Source of the DNA: a virus
Lineage: Duplodnaviria > Caudoviricetes
Strand: one strand, 5' to 3'
Length of the DNA stretch: 64,000 bases
Virus record (IMG/VR): IMGVR_UViG_3300050821_001527
Location: 138,883-202,882 of that record
Made by a program: the position numbers and the translations under genes
Notes under the pieces: generated by a model
Told to the model about the DNA's origin: nothing
The model's database searches: none
Seen by the model: the letters and a program-made list of their open reading frames with translations, nothing else
Shown: one piece after another, positions 20,003 through 32,085 of the stretch
How the letters are laid out: each line of letters begins with the position of its first letter
How positions within the stretch are numbered: the first letter of the stretch is position 1

Positions 20003-20857
20003 ATGAATACGACAGTCATCTATCATCGTGCTGACTATGACGGGATTTTCTCCCGCGAAGTAGCCAAGCGTTTCCTTCCGGCCACGACCAATTACATTGG
20101 TTGGGACTACGGCGACCCCGTGCCGGAAATTCCGCTGGATACTAAGTTGTATATGATTGACCTGTCTATTGACGCCTTAATGACCTTTCCGGGGCTTATC
20201 TGGATTGACCATCACAAGTCGGCGATTGAAAAGTTTCCCGCCGCGCTCAAGGGCTATCGCATTGACGGGGTGGCGGCTTGTCGTTTGGCCTATCAATGGT
20301 TCCTGAAAGAACAACGCGACCTTGCCGGGATGGTTTGGATGCTCCCCGACAAGCTGGAATTTGATGAACGCAGGGTTGAAGAACCCCTTGCACTTACTCT
20401 GGCGGGTGAATACGATGTTTGGGTGCATAAGGGTGATGGCGCGGTAGAGTTCCAATTTGGCCTTGACGCCCAACCGGAACTTGATTGGGACGAGCTATTC
20501 GACTCAGCCGATTACGTCAACAAGCTTGTCGGCGAAGGAGCGATTGCCATGCGTTGTTACACCAAGCGTGACGCCGTGAATGTCACGGAGCGCGGGTTCA
20601 TTCACCAATGGGAAGGTCTGAATTTCCTCACGTTGAATACCGTTCGCAGCAACTCGAACAGCTTCGCCGCAAGGGACGTTCCTGAAACCGGCCACGACGC
20701 TTTGATGACCTACTTCTGGAATGGCAAGGTCTGGACATTCTCGCTCTATCACGCGAAGCACAACAAGGAAATTGACCTTTCCGCCATCGCCTCGAAATAC
20801 AAGGGTGGCGGGCACAAAGGAGCCTGTGGATTCCAGTTGGCCCAACTCCCGTTCTAA
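20003..20857 (+). CDS. DHH/DHHA1 phosphoesterase
   Basis: YHRADYDG, MIDL, IDHHKSA, GGGHKGACGF. Confidence 0.88.
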   Translation: MNTTVIYHRADYDGIFSREVAKRFLPATTNYIGWDYGDPVPEIPLDTKLYMIDLSIDALMTFPGLIWIDHHKSAIEKFPAALKGYRIDGVAACRLAYQWFLKEQRDLAGMVWMLPDKLEFDERRVEEPLALTLAGEYDVWVHKGDGAVEFQFGLDAQPELDWDELFDSADYVNKLVGEGAIAMRCYTKRDAVNVTERGFIHQWEGLNFLTLNTVRSNSNSFAARDVPETGHDALMTYFWNGKVWTFSLYHAKHNKEIDLSAIASKYKGGGHKGACGFQLAQLPF

Positions 20858-21140
20858 CATGAAATTTTTCAAAAATCTGTTCGCCAAACGTCCACCATCC
20901 GAAAAACCCTCACCACCGAAGGCCGGGGACAGATTCGTGGACAAGGTTTGGGGCGATACCATTCTCGCCATTACCCAAATAAGCGATAAGGGCGACCTGA
21001 TTCGCTACAGGTTCGACCAGATTGATGGCAAGAACTACGAAGGCTTGAAATATCGCAGCCTATGCACTATGCCCGTTTGGTTGCTGAAAAGTCAATATAA
21101 GTTCCTTGACAGGAAGTAAAATGTTGATTATTATTGATTT

Positions 21141-21416
21141 ATGAAATACGAAACACGTTCTCAAATCACTGGCAGGTTCATTTCCCGCTCTCACGCCCGT
21201 CGCATCGCTACCCTTCGCCGTCAACAGCGCACACGCCCTGAAACGGTTGTCACGGGGCGTCTCTACGGATGGAAGGGCGCGGTTGTCCGTGCTGGCCGAA
21301 AAGTCAACCAGTTGCGCCTCGTCACTCTGCATAAGAGTCTCGTTGGTTACGTGCCCGACAATGAACTGTCGTTGGTTACACCTGAAACGGTCAAGGGTTA
21401 CTTAAAAACAGCCTAA
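21141..21416 (+). CDS. Arg-rich hypothetical protein
   Basis: Leaderless start; N-terminal RSQITGRF motif. Confidence 0.7.
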   Translation: MKYETRSQITGRFISRSHARRIATLRRQQRTRPETVVTGRLYGWKGAVVRAGRKVNQLRLVTLHKSLVGYVPDNELSLVTPETVKGYLKTA

Positions 21417-21460
21417 CCCAAAACTTTTTGGACTCGCGCTCCCGTCGAGTGTAATATAGA

Positions 21461-21565
21461 ATAAGAGTGGAAAAATGGTCAAGTCAGGAGTCTTTCTCCA
21501 TCTACCATAAAAGGCCACAACTTATTGCACTCTACGAGATAGCCGAGCAATTCGGTTATTTTTCG
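21461..21565 (+). ncRNA. Candidate rod-like small RNA with its own promoter and terminator
   Basis: TGGACT-17-TAATAT/GTGTAAT upstream; nested stems ATAAG/CTTAT, GTGG/CCAC, ATGGT/ACCAT, GGAG/CTCC; terminal AGCCGA/TCGGTT hairpin plus T tract. Confidence 0.5.
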
Positions 21566-22091
21566 TCCCCATAAACCATGACCATCACGATAGGATACTG
21601 GGCATTCCCCTTGGCCGCGACAGTTATATGTCTCGTTCTGATGTTTCGACCTTATCATAGAAGCGGGAGTTATGACTTCGGGGAAATCTTCCGACTGCTT
21701 TGGTTGGTTCCTATCTCGGTGGCGTGGCTGCTTTACTTTGGTATTCGAGCCTTACTAACGTGAACCATCGCCGCCCATTCAGGATTAAGAGAAGCGATGC
21801 GGAGAAAATAATCCGCGAGGCAATGTCAATGACGCCGCAGGTTTGGTGCGACCAGCTTGATGGCAGCGTCAGTTTCTCTCGCCAGCCCACCGACAAGACG
21901 CCCGAAGAAGTTTTGCAGATTGGCTTGCGAGAGGTAAATACCTTGTGGAATTTCATTAAGCGCGAGGCAATGTGCGGCGACGAGGCTTACTATGACGTTG
22001 GCTGCTGCACTTTGGGTAAAAGGCCCGAATACTTTCTGTGGATTAAGCTATCCATAGAGGACGGAGACAAGTTAGTCAAGAAATACAAATT

Positions 22092-22595
22092 ATGAACCTT
22101 CCAATACCTTCATGGGACGAGCTATTCATGCGCGACGTTTATCTGCGAGCGTCCAAGTCGAAAGACCCAAGCACGAAGATAGGCGCGGTATTGGTCAAGG
22201 ATGGACACGACATTCTCAAAGGCTACAACGGCTTTCCGAAGGGCGTTAAAGACCTTCCAGAACGATACGCTGATAGGGCGGTTAAATACGGAATGGTGGC
22301 TCACGCGGAAGCCAATGCTGTTTTCATGGGTGCGCGTTTTGGAATTTCGACGTTGGGCACGACGCTTTATACCCAAAGTCCTCCCTGCCATAATTGCGCT
22401 ATTGCCGTCATTCAAGGTGGTATCAAAGACATTGTTGTCCACGCTCAATGGCCGGAAATGAACCACGTCGAGGAATGGGTGAAGTCAATCGCTCTTGCGA
22501 AGGTCATGTTAGGGGAAGCGGGAATCTCAATTCGCGTCTTTGACAAGGTGTTGGGACTCCAAGGGCTAATCGGAGGCAAGATTGTTGATGTATGA
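22092..22595 (+). CDS. dCMP deaminase
   Basis: SKDPSTKIGAVLV...GYNGFP...HAEANA...PCHNC. Confidence 0.92.
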   Translation: MNLPIPSWDELFMRDVYLRASKSKDPSTKIGAVLVKDGHDILKGYNGFPKGVKDLPERYADRAVKYGMVAHAEANAVFMGARFGISTLGTTLYTQSPPCHNCAIAVIQGGIKDIVVHAQWPEMNHVEEWVKSIALAKVMLGEAGISIRVFDKVLGLQGLIGGKIVDV

Positions 22596-23148
22596 GAAAT
22601 GAGATTTACTTTACCACCAACCTTACTGAGAATGAACACTACATCGTAGAGGACATTATCAGGCAGTTTTGCAAGGCTAAGGGCTGGCAGGTTTTGTATT
22701 ATCGAAAGTTCAAGAATGGCCATGTTTCGGGCTACCGTGAATGCAAGATTGTCGGACATATCCCCTCTATCCTCAAAGAGTTGGAATTAAATTCAATAAA
22801 TATCGGCAACGCCAATAGACAGGTCAAGTTTAAGGAGAAAACCGTCCCTGAATGGCTGGCCGAACGCTTGGCCAAACTTTTCTCTTGACAGGTTGGGAAT
22901 TGTTGGATAGTCTGATGGTATGTCTGATTACTCAACATTGAAATCAAAACTGCTCACCCTCCAAGAGCAAATGGAGGGACTCGAAGCCGAACTGAAAACC
23001 TTCAAGTTCGAGAGTGAATTTAACCGCGAAGAAGCCTTCGACGAAATCGCCACCGCCATTGTCGCCTTCGATGACCTCGAAGAAATCCTTGACAGGGATG
23101 AAGAACTTGTTAGAATGAAGGAAGCAACAGCAGAATAACAAATACAAA

Positions 23149-23277
23149 ATGAAACCCAAACCAAAAACCAGCCAGTATCGCAACCGCGCCAGCCGCCTCG
23201 TCCGCAAGTCCAAGACCAAGGAAGGCTTGACGCCCGCGCAGAAGGAACGCCTCAAGGAACTCTCCCAGTTCGTGTAA
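23149..23277 (+). CDS. 42-aa highly basic peptide
   Basis: MKPKPKTSQYRNRASRLVRKSKTKEGLTPAQKERLKELSQFV*; A-rich leader downstream of an internal promoter at about 23089. Confidence 0.6.
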   Translation: MKPKPKTSQYRNRASRLVRKSKTKEGLTPAQKERLKELSQFV

Positions 23278-23289
23278 GCTTCCCATCAC

Positions 23290-23721
23290 ATGAGATTTAC
23301 ACCAGAGCAAATAACAACCCTCGAACCGAACGAAGTCTTCGTTTTCGGTTCAAACCGCGCCGGGGTTCATGGTGCGGGGGCCGCGAAGCTGGCAGTCGAG
23401 AAATTCGGCGCACACTTCGGCGAGGGCGAGGGTGTCCAAGGGCGAAGCTATGCTTTCCCAACCAAGGACGAGAACATCCAGACCCTTCCGTTGGAGGAAA
23501 TCGAAATCTCCGTCCAAAGGCTATTGAAAGCCTGCCGCATGGCTCCCTCCAAGACGTTTCTGTTGACGAAGGTGGGATGCGGACTGGCCGGTTTGACGGT
23601 CAAGGACGTGGCGACCTTGTTTAAGAATTACACGTTGCCTAAGAACCTTGTGCTGCCGATGGAGTTCCACGAAGTCATCTACCCGATGCCGAAACCGCGC
23701 TGCCGTTGCTCTTGTAAATGA
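23290..23721 (+). CDS. A1S_2505-family (macro-like) phage protein
   Basis: FTPEQIT.L.PNEVFVFGSN..G.HG.GAA..A...FGA..G.GEG.QG.SYA.PT. Confidence 0.75.
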   Translation: MRFTPEQITTLEPNEVFVFGSNRAGVHGAGAAKLAVEKFGAHFGEGEGVQGRSYAFPTKDENIQTLPLEEIEISVQRLLKACRMAPSKTFLLTKVGCGLAGLTVKDVATLFKNYTLPKNLVLPMEFHEVIYPMPKPRCRCSCK

Positions 23722-23878
23722 AGCCTTGGTGCCAGCATATCAAATTCGACTACCTTTTCGGGGATGACCCGTATCCCCGCTGGATTTTAACCAGCCGAGG
23801 AATCGAAGCGGGCGACGATTGGAAGTGCTGCCCGGTTTGCGCTCAGAAACGACCCCGCAGAAATAAAAAGAAAAACAC

Positions 23879-25118
23879 ATGAACTTGGAAGTGGGACAAC
23901 GAGTAAAGTATTGGGACGCGGATAATATCCTGCGTTTCGGCTTTTTCTGCTCTGGAAACGAGAAGAAGGTGGTTCTCGCGCTTTTCCCAACTGGCCATAA
24001 GCTTTCGGATAATTTTTCGCCGCCGAACATGACTTGGGAAGTTCAAAGGGAGAGAATCTATGAGGGCTAAGGACTTGGAAATTTGCTATAAGGGCATGTC
24101 GGCTCCCGTCAAGGAGTTGATTGAAGTTGCCCGCGCTGCCCAAAAGGAATGCGATAAATTCAACTTCCCCGACGAGGACAGACCGATTTTGCACGAAGCA
24201 CTCGAAAAATTGAAGAAAGCCTGCCCGGACTTTTTCGCATGAAAATCAAACGAACAATCGCAAATACCCTCTATTGGGGCATGGCCGGAACGGTTACGCT
24301 ATTGATTGGCGGCATTGCCGTCGCCGGGATTTTCAAGGTTGTAGCGTCAATGGTGCAATTTCTTTCCGATTTCTTCTCCGACCCCAAGGCTCGCTTGGCT
24401 GTCGGTTTGGTCATTGCGTTCTACGGAACCGGGATTACGGTGCTGCTCCTGATTTTCAAGCTCTTTGAGTGGGCAAATAAAAATCGAAAAATATGAGCTT
24501 CCATTTCATACACCGATGGGAGAAATACTCCCTTGAGGGAAAAGATGGCAGCGAACAGCTTTGGCGTCAATGCCGCGTGTGCCACGTCACCCAATTTCTC
24601 GCAGTCATCAGCCCTTCTCTGGAACTTCATTCTTCCGCCCGAACCAGTCATCCATATCCCTTGACAGACCCCGAAAAAGTCGTTAGGCTGTATTGATGAA
24701 AGTTTTATACGAAGTGTTGGTTCCAACAATGTATGGCTTCCCAAAAGTCACGCCCATCTCCACCCGCCATCACAAAAACTGGGACAAAGAAGTTCAAAAA
24801 ATCACTGGTGGTTTAACCATTATGAAGCCCGCGCAGGGCAGATGGGTGGACAAGGGCGTAGAGTATCCCGAACGTATTATCCCTGTTAGGATTATGTGCG
24901 AAGAAAGGGAAAACTCATTTAAAGCATCCCCCGGTGGAATGACTTCTTGCCCCGACAATACACAAATAACCAAAATTATCCAGTTGACCTTGAGACACTA
25001 CCGACAGAAGGCCGTGATGTATTATGTTGTCTCCAATGATGTTAGGGTAGTCTATGCTACGGAGTTTAAACTGACTTCATCGCGCAATGGTCAGCGTCCG
25101 TGCAACCCCCGCTCGTAG
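23879..25118 (+). other. Hypothetical CDS cluster (23879-24070; 24060-24242; 24239-24496 membrane; 24493-24696 DUF1660-like; 24696-25118)
   Basis: Overlapping starts and stops; 24493 has H.W.KY...RQCRVC. Confidence 0.6.
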
Positions 25119-25596
25119 TTTTAGCTTGATGACAATTAGCGCAAAGCAGTTGCAAAATTTTAGGGAATTTCTGGCGGAAGGCCCAAGTATAAATGCTCCC
25201 TTTGGTGCCATTGAATACTTCCTGACGGTGTTTTGCCCCGTCGTTATTGATATGGTCAAGCTGTAGATATTTATGCACACCCAAGCCACAACACTTGCAT
25301 TTTCCTCCGTAGGCTTCGATACAGGCCGCACGGTGTTTGGCGTAAATCTCTCGATTACGCTCGGAATGCTTGTCCAAACACGATTCGCACATGCTTTTGC
25401 CTTCAACGCGGGGATTGATGCAACAATATCTGCACAAGCCATTTTGGATAGCTTTTTCTTTAAATGAATGACCGTAACTCAGGTGTTCAAGGTGGTGCTT
25501 TTCGCATCGGGTTTTCCCTTCCATGCGTGGGGCACCGCAACGGGTGCAAAGTCCTGCCGCCTTGTATTCAAAATATCTACTGTTCATACCTTTCAT
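25066..25596 (-). CDS. HNH homing-type endonuclease with N-terminal Zn-finger repeats
   Basis: GLCTRC/GLCRYC repeats; CKCCG...LQLDHINNDG...LQLLCANCHQAK; antisense orientation. Confidence 0.85.
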   Translation of the reverse strand: MKGMNSRYFEYKAAGLCTRCGAPRMEGKTRCEKHHLEHLSYGHSFKEKAIQNGLCRYCCINPRVEGKSMCESCLDKHSERNREIYAKHRAACIEAYGGKCKCCGLGVHKYLQLDHINNDGAKHRQEVFNGTKGSIYTWAFRQKFPKILQLLCANCHQAKTTSGGCTDADHCAMKSV

Positions 25597-25664
25597 TACA
25601 CGTAGCCGTATGTGGAGAGAAATTAAATCTTGACACGCCCGGAAAGATAACCTAATCTTTGATT

Positions 25665-28600
25665 ATGGAATACACGCCTGATGACTTAATAAAGCTGGTT
25701 GGTGCGGTTGCCGGACTGGAACGCGCCGGACAACGTGCGTTTGTTGACTTTGGATATGGCAACGCCGTCCAAAAATGGGAGGAACTGAAATCCGCCCGCA
25801 AACAGGAACGCGAGAATCTCCAAAAGGAGTTGACCAGAATCCAAACCCGTTTACAGGAAATTGACGGCAGGACGATTTACGCCGGAACAAAGGAAGTCTA
25901 ATTTATGAATGACATACGCGAACCAGTTTGGACGGCGGAAAACCAAAACCGCAAATGCGGCGACACGACCTTCGATATTTGTGGATGGTGCAAACACCGT
26001 GGCTGCGGCACGATGCGCTACGACACCATGCTCCGAGGCTCCTGTGACCTGATGAAGCGTTACGGGAACGAAGTCGAGTGGGACACCCCCTGTAAAATCA
26101 AGGGTTTGGGCAAGGATGACCTCAAGGACATTGTTGAGTCCAAGGGCTACGAAATCAGGGAACACGAAGCCGGTATCAAGCGCACCAACGAGGAAATCGT
26201 TGAACTGCAAAAACTGATTCGCAAGGCTCCCAAAAAGCCCTGTCTCCCTGATGCTCGCGGTTGCGACCACTTTCCCCTGAATGCCCGCGTATGGGTGTTC
26301 TTGAACGGGAAAAATATCCAATCCACGACTGTCAAGACCGGCTGGTATGCAGGGGTCACGGTCAACGGCTATCGTTCCGGGGATGGGTGCGTCTCGTATG
26401 TCTTGGACGAGCTTCCTGAATCTCGCAAGGGTTGGGGCTGTGGTTTCGCGGTGCCCGTGGTCTTGCTGGCTTGGGAATACGAATACTTCAAGCAGAACAC
26501 CGGCGACTTCAACGACTGGCTGCTGGCCTGCGACAAGAGCTACAACGGGGACAAGATTATCTGTCCCGCAATGAAGAACCTGAAATGAAAAATCCCTACA
26601 TCGTCCCGCCTTTCGCGGTTCCCGACCATTACAAGCCCACTGTGAGATTTTTCTGGTGGTCTTGGCATCCGAACTACTCCTATTGGTCGAAGTCCTGTTG
26701 GGGCGGCAACACGGAGGACGAGGCATGGGACGCCTTGGCGAAACCGATGGCCGACAGTATGCGCTATTATGACAACAGGCTTGTGCGCGAAGGTGACGGA
26801 CAGTTCACGGTAGTCGCCGCCTCGCCTTGCAAGGAATTAGGAGCTTGGCAGGAAATTGCCCGCGATGCAAATGGCTGGCGCAAACCCACTGACGCCAAAC
26901 CGATTAAGGGGTGGGATAAATAATTCAATATATGTCTGCCCGCCAAAAGAAAGTCGAACAACTTGCGGAAGTCATCTACCGCGCCCTGTATGCCACGTCC
27001 TATGACGGTGGCAACAATTTGAGATACCATGCCGAGCAACTGGCTCAGGTGCTAGTGGACATGATTGACCCGATTGAGTAAAAGTATGACCCAAGCCGAA
27101 ATAGACGCGGAAAAGCGCGGGAAACTAGAAGGGCTGCGCTATGCGGCCTCCCTTTGCGAGTTTCGCCGATTGCCCATGTATAATGCGTCTTACCATGCGG
27201 CCTGCAACGACATACAGATTTTCTGTCTTGCGGCAGTTGAGCGTGTCGAAGCCGGGGAACAAATGGAAAGCCTAGCTATCGCACATTGATTTATGAAGCT
27301 GCGTATCTACCACGAATGGCGCAAATACACCCTCCGCGATGACAGTCGTAGATTCTACCTGCGTAAGTGCATCCATTGCGGCAAAATACAGCTACGCGGA
27401 ATATTGCCCTTGACACCATCGGAAATCCTCAATAGAGTCTAATCATGCGACCTGAATCCGAAAGAAACGTTGACAAAGAATTTCTCCGTAAGAAAGGCTG
27501 GTGGCCTACTTCCGCAGACGAAATGACTTGGCTCTGCGAAGGCATGAATCCTAAATACGGCGGGCACACGCTTTCCGAAGCGGTCAAACGCCAGCAGGAA
27601 ATGGAAATCATCGAGCGCAACGGGGCGTATTTCTACTACGTGCCTGACCGCATGGGTTTTGGCTACTGGATTGGCAAATACATTGACCGAAACCAGACTC
27701 CCCGCCGCACTCAATTCACTGGTCTGACGAAAGAGGAAGCTCAAAAACTCGTCACCAAACTCAACAAGGACTCGAAATACGAGCCTATCTTGGGCGTTGA
27801 CTATCAAGAGCATCAGTGGAACCGCATCATCATCTTCAAAGAGAAGCATGGCGACAGGCATTTCATTGCCCAAACCCGCAGCGACATGGAGAAAATCGCC
27901 CTCAAGATTGTCTTGGAGCGCGAGGACGAGGGCTGGTATGATTTTGAATACGAGGAACCTGTCCTGCCGAAAATCGCCTTGGAAAAGGCTGACGAATATG
28001 GCGCGACCCTTGCGGAAGCTATCAAGGCCGAATGGAAGTCCTATGAATACTCCCAAAAGCAATGCGCCCAAAGCAAGAAACTCGCCGAAGCTTTGAAGAA
28101 AATTGTCAAGGAAAAAGACGGCGACGTGGCTATCCGCTTCCTGAATGAAATGAAGGGCGGCGAATACGAAGCCTTTGAAGTAACCGGCAGCGAAGAATTT
28201 TAATTCAATAAATATGCAAACACTACTTAAATTCACAATCCTGAATCGCAAAACGAAGGAACGCACGGAGATAGGCAAATACTACGAAGGATTCCTGCCT
28301 TTCTCGGAAGGCACCATCGTCACGACTGGTTTGTATATGCTTCGTGTCGAGCGTGTTTCGTTCTCCGCAGCCCTCTCGCCGACCCTCACCGTGGATTTGG
28401 ACGAGGCCGTTGCCAGCAGCGACCAAGACAAGATGAATTGCATTGCCATGCTTGAACGTTTCGGTTGGGAAGTGATTTGACTTGACAGGCCCGGAAACAT
28501 CATCTAATCTCTAAATATGAAGTTACAAAAAGCCCCCGCCCGTAAAATCGAACCCACGATTGCGCTCAAGGACATTAAGCCCGGAGCCTGCGTCCGTTTC

Positions 28601-28774
28601 GCCCACGATACCATTGAGGACGCTTTCAAGTCCGACCTGTTTTTCATGCGCCTCGACGCCCCGGAAGCCAAAGACCGAGTTCGTCTGGTCAATCTGGCAG
28701 ACGGCAAGCAACTTGAACGCGACGGCGACCACCGCGTAGTCGTCCATACCTGCACCCTCAATCTCGACCTGTAA
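25665..28774 (+). other. Hypothetical CDS cluster (25665-25901; 25905-26588; 26585-26923; 26932-27081; 27086-27289; 27293-27442 DUF1660-like; 27445-28203; 28214-28480; 28517-28774)
   Basis: Promoter-proximal or coupled ORFs. Confidence 0.65.
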
Positions 28775-28778
28775 TTCT

Positions 28779-29930
28779 ATGTTTGGCTCAATCATTTCAG
28801 ACCTTGACGAGCAAGACGGGTTTCCAAAGCTTTTCAAGCTAACCTCCAAAGGCCAAATCCAAGAATGGCAAATATTCGTGGATGGCGGCAAATTCTATAC
28901 CGTCGAAGGCATTCAAGGCGGGAAGGCTACCACTTCCAAACCCACGGTTTGCAAGGTAAAGAATCCGGGCAAGGCCAACGCCACCAGTCCCGAACAGCAA
29001 GCTTTGAAGGAAGCCGCCGCAAAGCACAAGAAAAAGCTTGAGGGCCAATATTTCAAAACCGTGGCCGAAGCCAGTGGTGGAAATAAGAACTGGTATGAGC
29101 CTATGCTGGCCTTCAAGTTCGAGGATTACAAGGAAGGGCTGGTTTACCCGGTCTATTCACAGCCGAAGCTGGACGGTATCCGTTGCATCATCACCGCCGA
29201 AGGGATGTTCTCCCGCCAAGGCAAGCCGTTCCCCGCCGTTCCGCACATTTTCAACGCGCTGAAACCGTTCTTCGCCAAAAACAAGAACGCGATTTTGGAC
29301 GGCGAGCTTTATTGCGAAAAGTTGTCCGACAATTTCCCCAAGCTTGTCTCGCTGATTAAGAAAAACAAGCCGACCCCCGAGGACTTGGCGGAATCGGCCC
29401 AAATAATCGAGTTTTGGTGCTATGACGCCCCGCGTATTGGCGTCTATGCCGAGACTGACAAGTTCTATGACCGTTTCCAGTTAATGAGCAGCCTGTTGCT
29501 CAACCGTTACGCGAAAATCAAGGTTGTCAGCACCTTCCTCATCTCGAATTACGAACAGCTTACCATCCGTTACGAGAAATACCTTGAAGATGGTTACGAG
29601 GGCCAGATGGTGCGCCTCAACGGTGCCTACGAAAATAAACGCAGCAAGAACCTTCTCAAGCGAAAGGAATTTGTGGACGAGGAATATGAAATCGTGTCAT
29701 TGGAAGAAGGCAAGGGCGGCAGGATTGGGACGGTAGGGTTTATGAACTTCTATTCCCGTGGCGGCAAGCCTTTCAAGTCGAACGTCAAGGGAGAGTTCGA
29801 TTATCTCCGTAAACTGTGGGCTGACAGATTGAAGCTGGTGGGCAAGAAAGCGACCATCAAATACTTCTCGCTTACGCCTGACCGCATCCCGCGTTTCCCT
29901 TACGTCATCGCAATCAGAGACTACGAATGA
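28779..29930 (+). CDS. lig: ATP-dependent DNA ligase
   Basis: QPKLDGIRC (motif I), LDGELY, YDAP, EGQMVR, KRSKNLLKRK, RFP. Confidence 0.93.
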   Translation: MFGSIISDLDEQDGFPKLFKLTSKGQIQEWQIFVDGGKFYTVEGIQGGKATTSKPTVCKVKNPGKANATSPEQQALKEAAAKHKKKLEGQYFKTVAEASGGNKNWYEPMLAFKFEDYKEGLVYPVYSQPKLDGIRCIITAEGMFSRQGKPFPAVPHIFNALKPFFAKNKNAILDGELYCEKLSDNFPKLVSLIKKNKPTPEDLAESAQIIEFWCYDAPRIGVYAETDKFYDRFQLMSSLLLNRYAKIKVVSTFLISNYEQLTIRYEKYLEDGYEGQMVRLNGAYENKRSKNLLKRKEFVDEEYEIVSLEEGKGGRIGTVGFMNFYSRGGKPFKSNVKGEFDYLRKLWADRLKLVGKKATIKYFSLTPDRIPRFPYVIAIRDYE

Positions 29931-32084
29931 AAGCAGCAAAACTAACCAAAGCCGAGTTTTTAAACGTCCTCCGCGCCATTGTGGAGTGTGTCGAATCCGA
30001 TGACTCTTTTGAGGGTTCGCTTAAATACACCTGTCTGGAAGGCGACTGCAAACGCGGCGAATTTCTGGTCAATGCCTTTTGGCGTAACGGCAATTCCCAA
30101 GGTCAGGGCGGCTGCGCCATAATCTCCGGGCCAGAAACCATTGAAGCATGAGCAAGATAAAACGCAAATTCAGAAATCCGGTCAAGGTTGAAATCGTCGA
30201 ATCGGAACGTGGTTGGGGCCAAAAGGTCGAATCCGTCCGCGAGTTTGGCGGCATCAAGTCCGCGCAGAAATTCGCCGACAAATTCAACGCCCCCAACATC
30301 GAGAACCACAAGAAAAAACCCCACTACGTTCCCGACTGCTACGTCTTTGCCCGCATTGTGGGATAATCAAAAATATGGAAACTGAAAAACAACTCACCAC
30401 CTACGAAAAACTCACCGGCCTGCGCCGAATCATCGTAAACCGTGCCGCCGAAGTGATGAACTACACGAATTGGAGCGACGACTTCGCCGCGAAACAGATT
30501 CGTGAAATACCGACCCTTGACCGCTTGCGAGAGCATTTCGGGGAAATAAACATCGCCGAGCTTACCGCCGCGCAGATGGACGAGCTTGGGTTTGGCCGTT
30601 GGGACGATTCGGGGTTGCGCCTGATTCCGCTCTGGATGTTCCAATTCCTGCCCGCCGAAATCAAGACGACTAACATCGAAGGGGCGACCACGCTCAAGAA
30701 AGCCGACATGGACAACGACCATCGCTTTGGTTGCTTGGCGTATGGCGTGTTCCCAGTGGACTTGAAGAAATGAAAATCCTGATTACCCTCAAAGACCCGG
30801 ACGGCGTTTCAAATTCGCTCGATGACTGCGCCCGTGGGCACGTTCAAGACCCTGCAAATATGGAAGACTTCAAGGCGAGCCTTGAGGACGACATTAAGAA
30901 ATGGGTGCGATGGGGTGAATACGTTTCGATTGTCATTGACACCGATAAGGGGACTGCCACAGTCGTCCCTGTTGAATGATGAAACGCTCGTTTTTCTTTC
31001 ACTACAACAAGCCAGCCTCGAAATCCGCTGGCCGACCAAAGCTGTCGGTTCATTTTCGAGACACATGCTACATCGTGGACAAGGTTGTCTGCCATGTGGG
31101 TGTCGAATCGAAAAATAACAAACGCCAGCCCCATTGTGTGATGAAGGGAAAAGCCTTCCTAGTCGAAGTGAAGGAGGAAAACGGCCTATCAACCGCTTCC
31201 ATCCTCTGATTTAAAATTCAATAAATATGACACTCAAAACATACATTGCCGGTTTGCAGGAAATCGCCGAAAAACATCCCGGTGCCATCGTCGTCTATGC
31301 GGCTGATGACGAGGGAAATAGCTACAGTCCCGTGCATTACACCGGCACCGTTGGCAATTTCAAGGACGGCGAGTTCCAGTCGCAGAAAAATTTGAAGGAC
31401 GCCGGGGATGATTCCCCTCTTAACGCCGTGTGCATCAATTAGTTATTGACACGGGTTCAAATATACAAGACACTTGGATTATGAAGAAGCTAAACATCAC
31501 AGACACAACGAACAGCCTCTACGAGAAGCTGGTATCCGACCTTCCGTTCACGGAGGAAGATAATTCCGCCCTCGCGCAGATTGTCAAGGAGTTTCTCATG
31601 GAACACCCGGACAGAATCCATGACCTTATCGGTGGAGAACTGATTCCAGACGAAGGCGAGGAAGTATGACCTTGACGCTCACCAAAGATGAAGTCAGGAA
31701 AATCCTTGACGGGGAATACGTTAAGGGCGACTTTGAGAAGCATTATCGCCACAATGGGGGCTATCAGGACGTGATTTTCACCCGCGACGGCAAGCATTAC
31801 CAGTTCACCTATCTCTGGTTCGAGGATGAAGGCGTGTATTGGGACAACACCTACGAAGCCACCGAAGTCGTTGAGGCCGAAAGGGTCGTAAAATACTGGA
31901 AAAAGGTCGAATGAACTTAGACGCGAGGGCAAGAAAGATAGTCACCGATATTGATGACTTGGTAACTAAAATTCACGCTGAAAGGGGTAATAAATCCGTG
32001 GATGAAATGATACAACTTGTTCGTGTCGGGCGAATTACAATTCTTAAAAAAGCCATGCGAGACTATGCTAAGAGCCGTCAGTAA
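29927..32084 (+). other. Small hypothetical CDS array (29927-30151, 30148-30366, 30375-30773, 30770-30979, 30976-31209, 31227-31442, 31481-31669, 31666-31914, 31911-32084)
   Basis: Coupled ORFs with no assignable function. Confidence 0.65.
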
Positions 32085-32085
32085 T

